From NCBI RefSeq assembly GCF_964355755.1, contig NC_092680.1:3968001-4032000 (forward strand): a stretch of 64,000 nucleotides of DNA. The letters are read 5' to 3'. A program made the translations under genes and the position numbers. Below, in pieces: positions 62,676-64,000 of the stretch (position 1 is the stretch's first letter; every line of letters begins with the position of its first letter). The notes beneath the pieces were generated by a model, which made no database searches, was not told the origin of the DNA, and saw only the letters and a list, made by a program, of their open reading frames with translations. The stretch comes from Antedon mediterranea. Taxonomy: Eukaryota > Animalia > Echinodermata.

Positions 62676-63004
62676 TTGGTTCCCACTAGAAATGCAACAC
62701 AAGTACGTAACGCAACGTAAAGCGTGGTTCCCACTAGCGACGCAACGCAAGGACGTAACGCAACGCAAGTGAATTGACCAATCACAAGCGATGGCTTATT
62801 CGCTTGTGATTGCTAACTGTCTATAACTTCGCTTGTCATTGGTTAAAACGCTTGCGTTGCGTTTACGTCCTTGCGTTACGTTCTAGTGGGAACCAAGCTT
62901 GAGTGATTTGACCAATCACAAACGATGGTTATTCGAACTGTCGCTTGCCATTGGTCAACTCGCTTGCGTTGTCGCAGCGTTACGTCTCTAGTGGGAACCA
63001 AGCT
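62676..63004. mobile_element. Two MITE family B copies, one (62721-62899) nested inside the other
   Basis: Two left TIRs (TGGTTCCCACTAG near 62677 and 62725) followed by two right TIRs (CTAGTGGGAACCAAGCT ending 62899 and 63004). The inner copy is flanked by TAA/TGA. Confidence 0.9.
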
Positions 63005-64000
63005 TATAAAGATAATGCGTTAAATCGAATTAATGAACTTCCAAGTAGCCGTTAGGAAAACGCATTGTATTTTCATAATTATTACAAACTGCTGTCGGTA
63101 TTGTTTACTGTACAAACACTAAATGTGTTATGGCTCAATTACATTCCCGCCAAAAAATGTGTACGGGTAATAACGCACCAAATTAATTGCATTACGTCAT
63201 AATAACTAACAAACGTGACAGCTTTAATCTAATATTGACACAGAATGTTATGCATCGTCGCCACATACAGTGTCAAGTATTTGTTAACGTTTTACTATAA
63301 AGATACTATATATAGCGGCGAATCCCGGATTTTGAATTCGAGTGCCTAACAATTAAGTTCTGAACTTAGTTTTCTATCTTTTGCATTGACATTTTTGCCT
63401 ATGGTACGAGTATTTTATGATATCATATTTGCAGCCATACAGTGACCTGTGCAGCTGATTCACATTTTAAATCAGGCGTTTTTTTGGCAACAAGCAACGT
63501 TATTTTTGACCAGGCTCCTCGCAAGCTACTCGTAACCACGACGATTCTCCATACTGCATCTACATTATACTTAATCGTATTTAAAGTACTGATACAACAA
63601 CGTTACATACTCGTCAATATATCATAGTAAATTAGGTTACGGTTAAGCCAATGTCACATATGACATTGTATCTATAGGAATTAGCCTACAAATATATTAG
63701 TAATTACTTATACATTTGTTACTAACTCGGACGGGTGATTTGCTAAAACTGAAACATTTCATAGTTCACTGGCTACAAATTCAACACACACTTTATATAT
63801 CCAGTCGACCACATAAAAAGGTGAATGTGAGTTCACGAATATTTTAATTGCGTACGTGTTAATAAGCCAGTGTTTTAAGTAAATCGATCATTATATCATA
63901 TACACTAGTGGAATTATTTTCTTATTGGTACTTTGGGTATAGTAGAAACCGAATCTTATTAAATAACCACGCATCAACGGTTATATAGTCACAGCTAAAG

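Overview
AT-rich (about 30% GC by eye) animal genomic DNA with GT-AG introns. The gene content and repeat style suggest an invertebrate deuterostome such as an echinoderm; this is an inference. Five coding loci can be supported: (1) the 5' part of an ENPP4-7-type ectonucleotide phosphodiesterase on the minus strand, running off the left edge, whose probable signal-peptide exon is interrupted by a 30-bp stop-containing insert; (2) and (3) two intronless PLAAT/HRASLS/LRAT-family paralogues on the minus strand; (4) a complete 5-coding-exon R-spondin (+, 27944-45408, 261 aa); (5) a complete 2-exon vesicular GABA/glycine transporter (VGAT/SLC32A1, -, 61818-49531, 486 aa) lying tail-to-tail with R-spondin. 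Non-coding DNA holds several MITE families (one self-nested), a 1.3-kb foldback element, Deu-domain SINEs, a truncated RTE LINE with a 15-bp target-site duplication (TSD), and several minisatellites. The most notable unexplained signals are Penelope-type minimal hammerhead ribozyme motifs (one just past the poly(A) signal of a PLAAT gene), about 30 copies of the palindrome TAGGCCTA against under 1 expected, and two different satellites that appear to derive from one dispersed repeat. I see no demonstrably new biological system; these are leads, not proofs.
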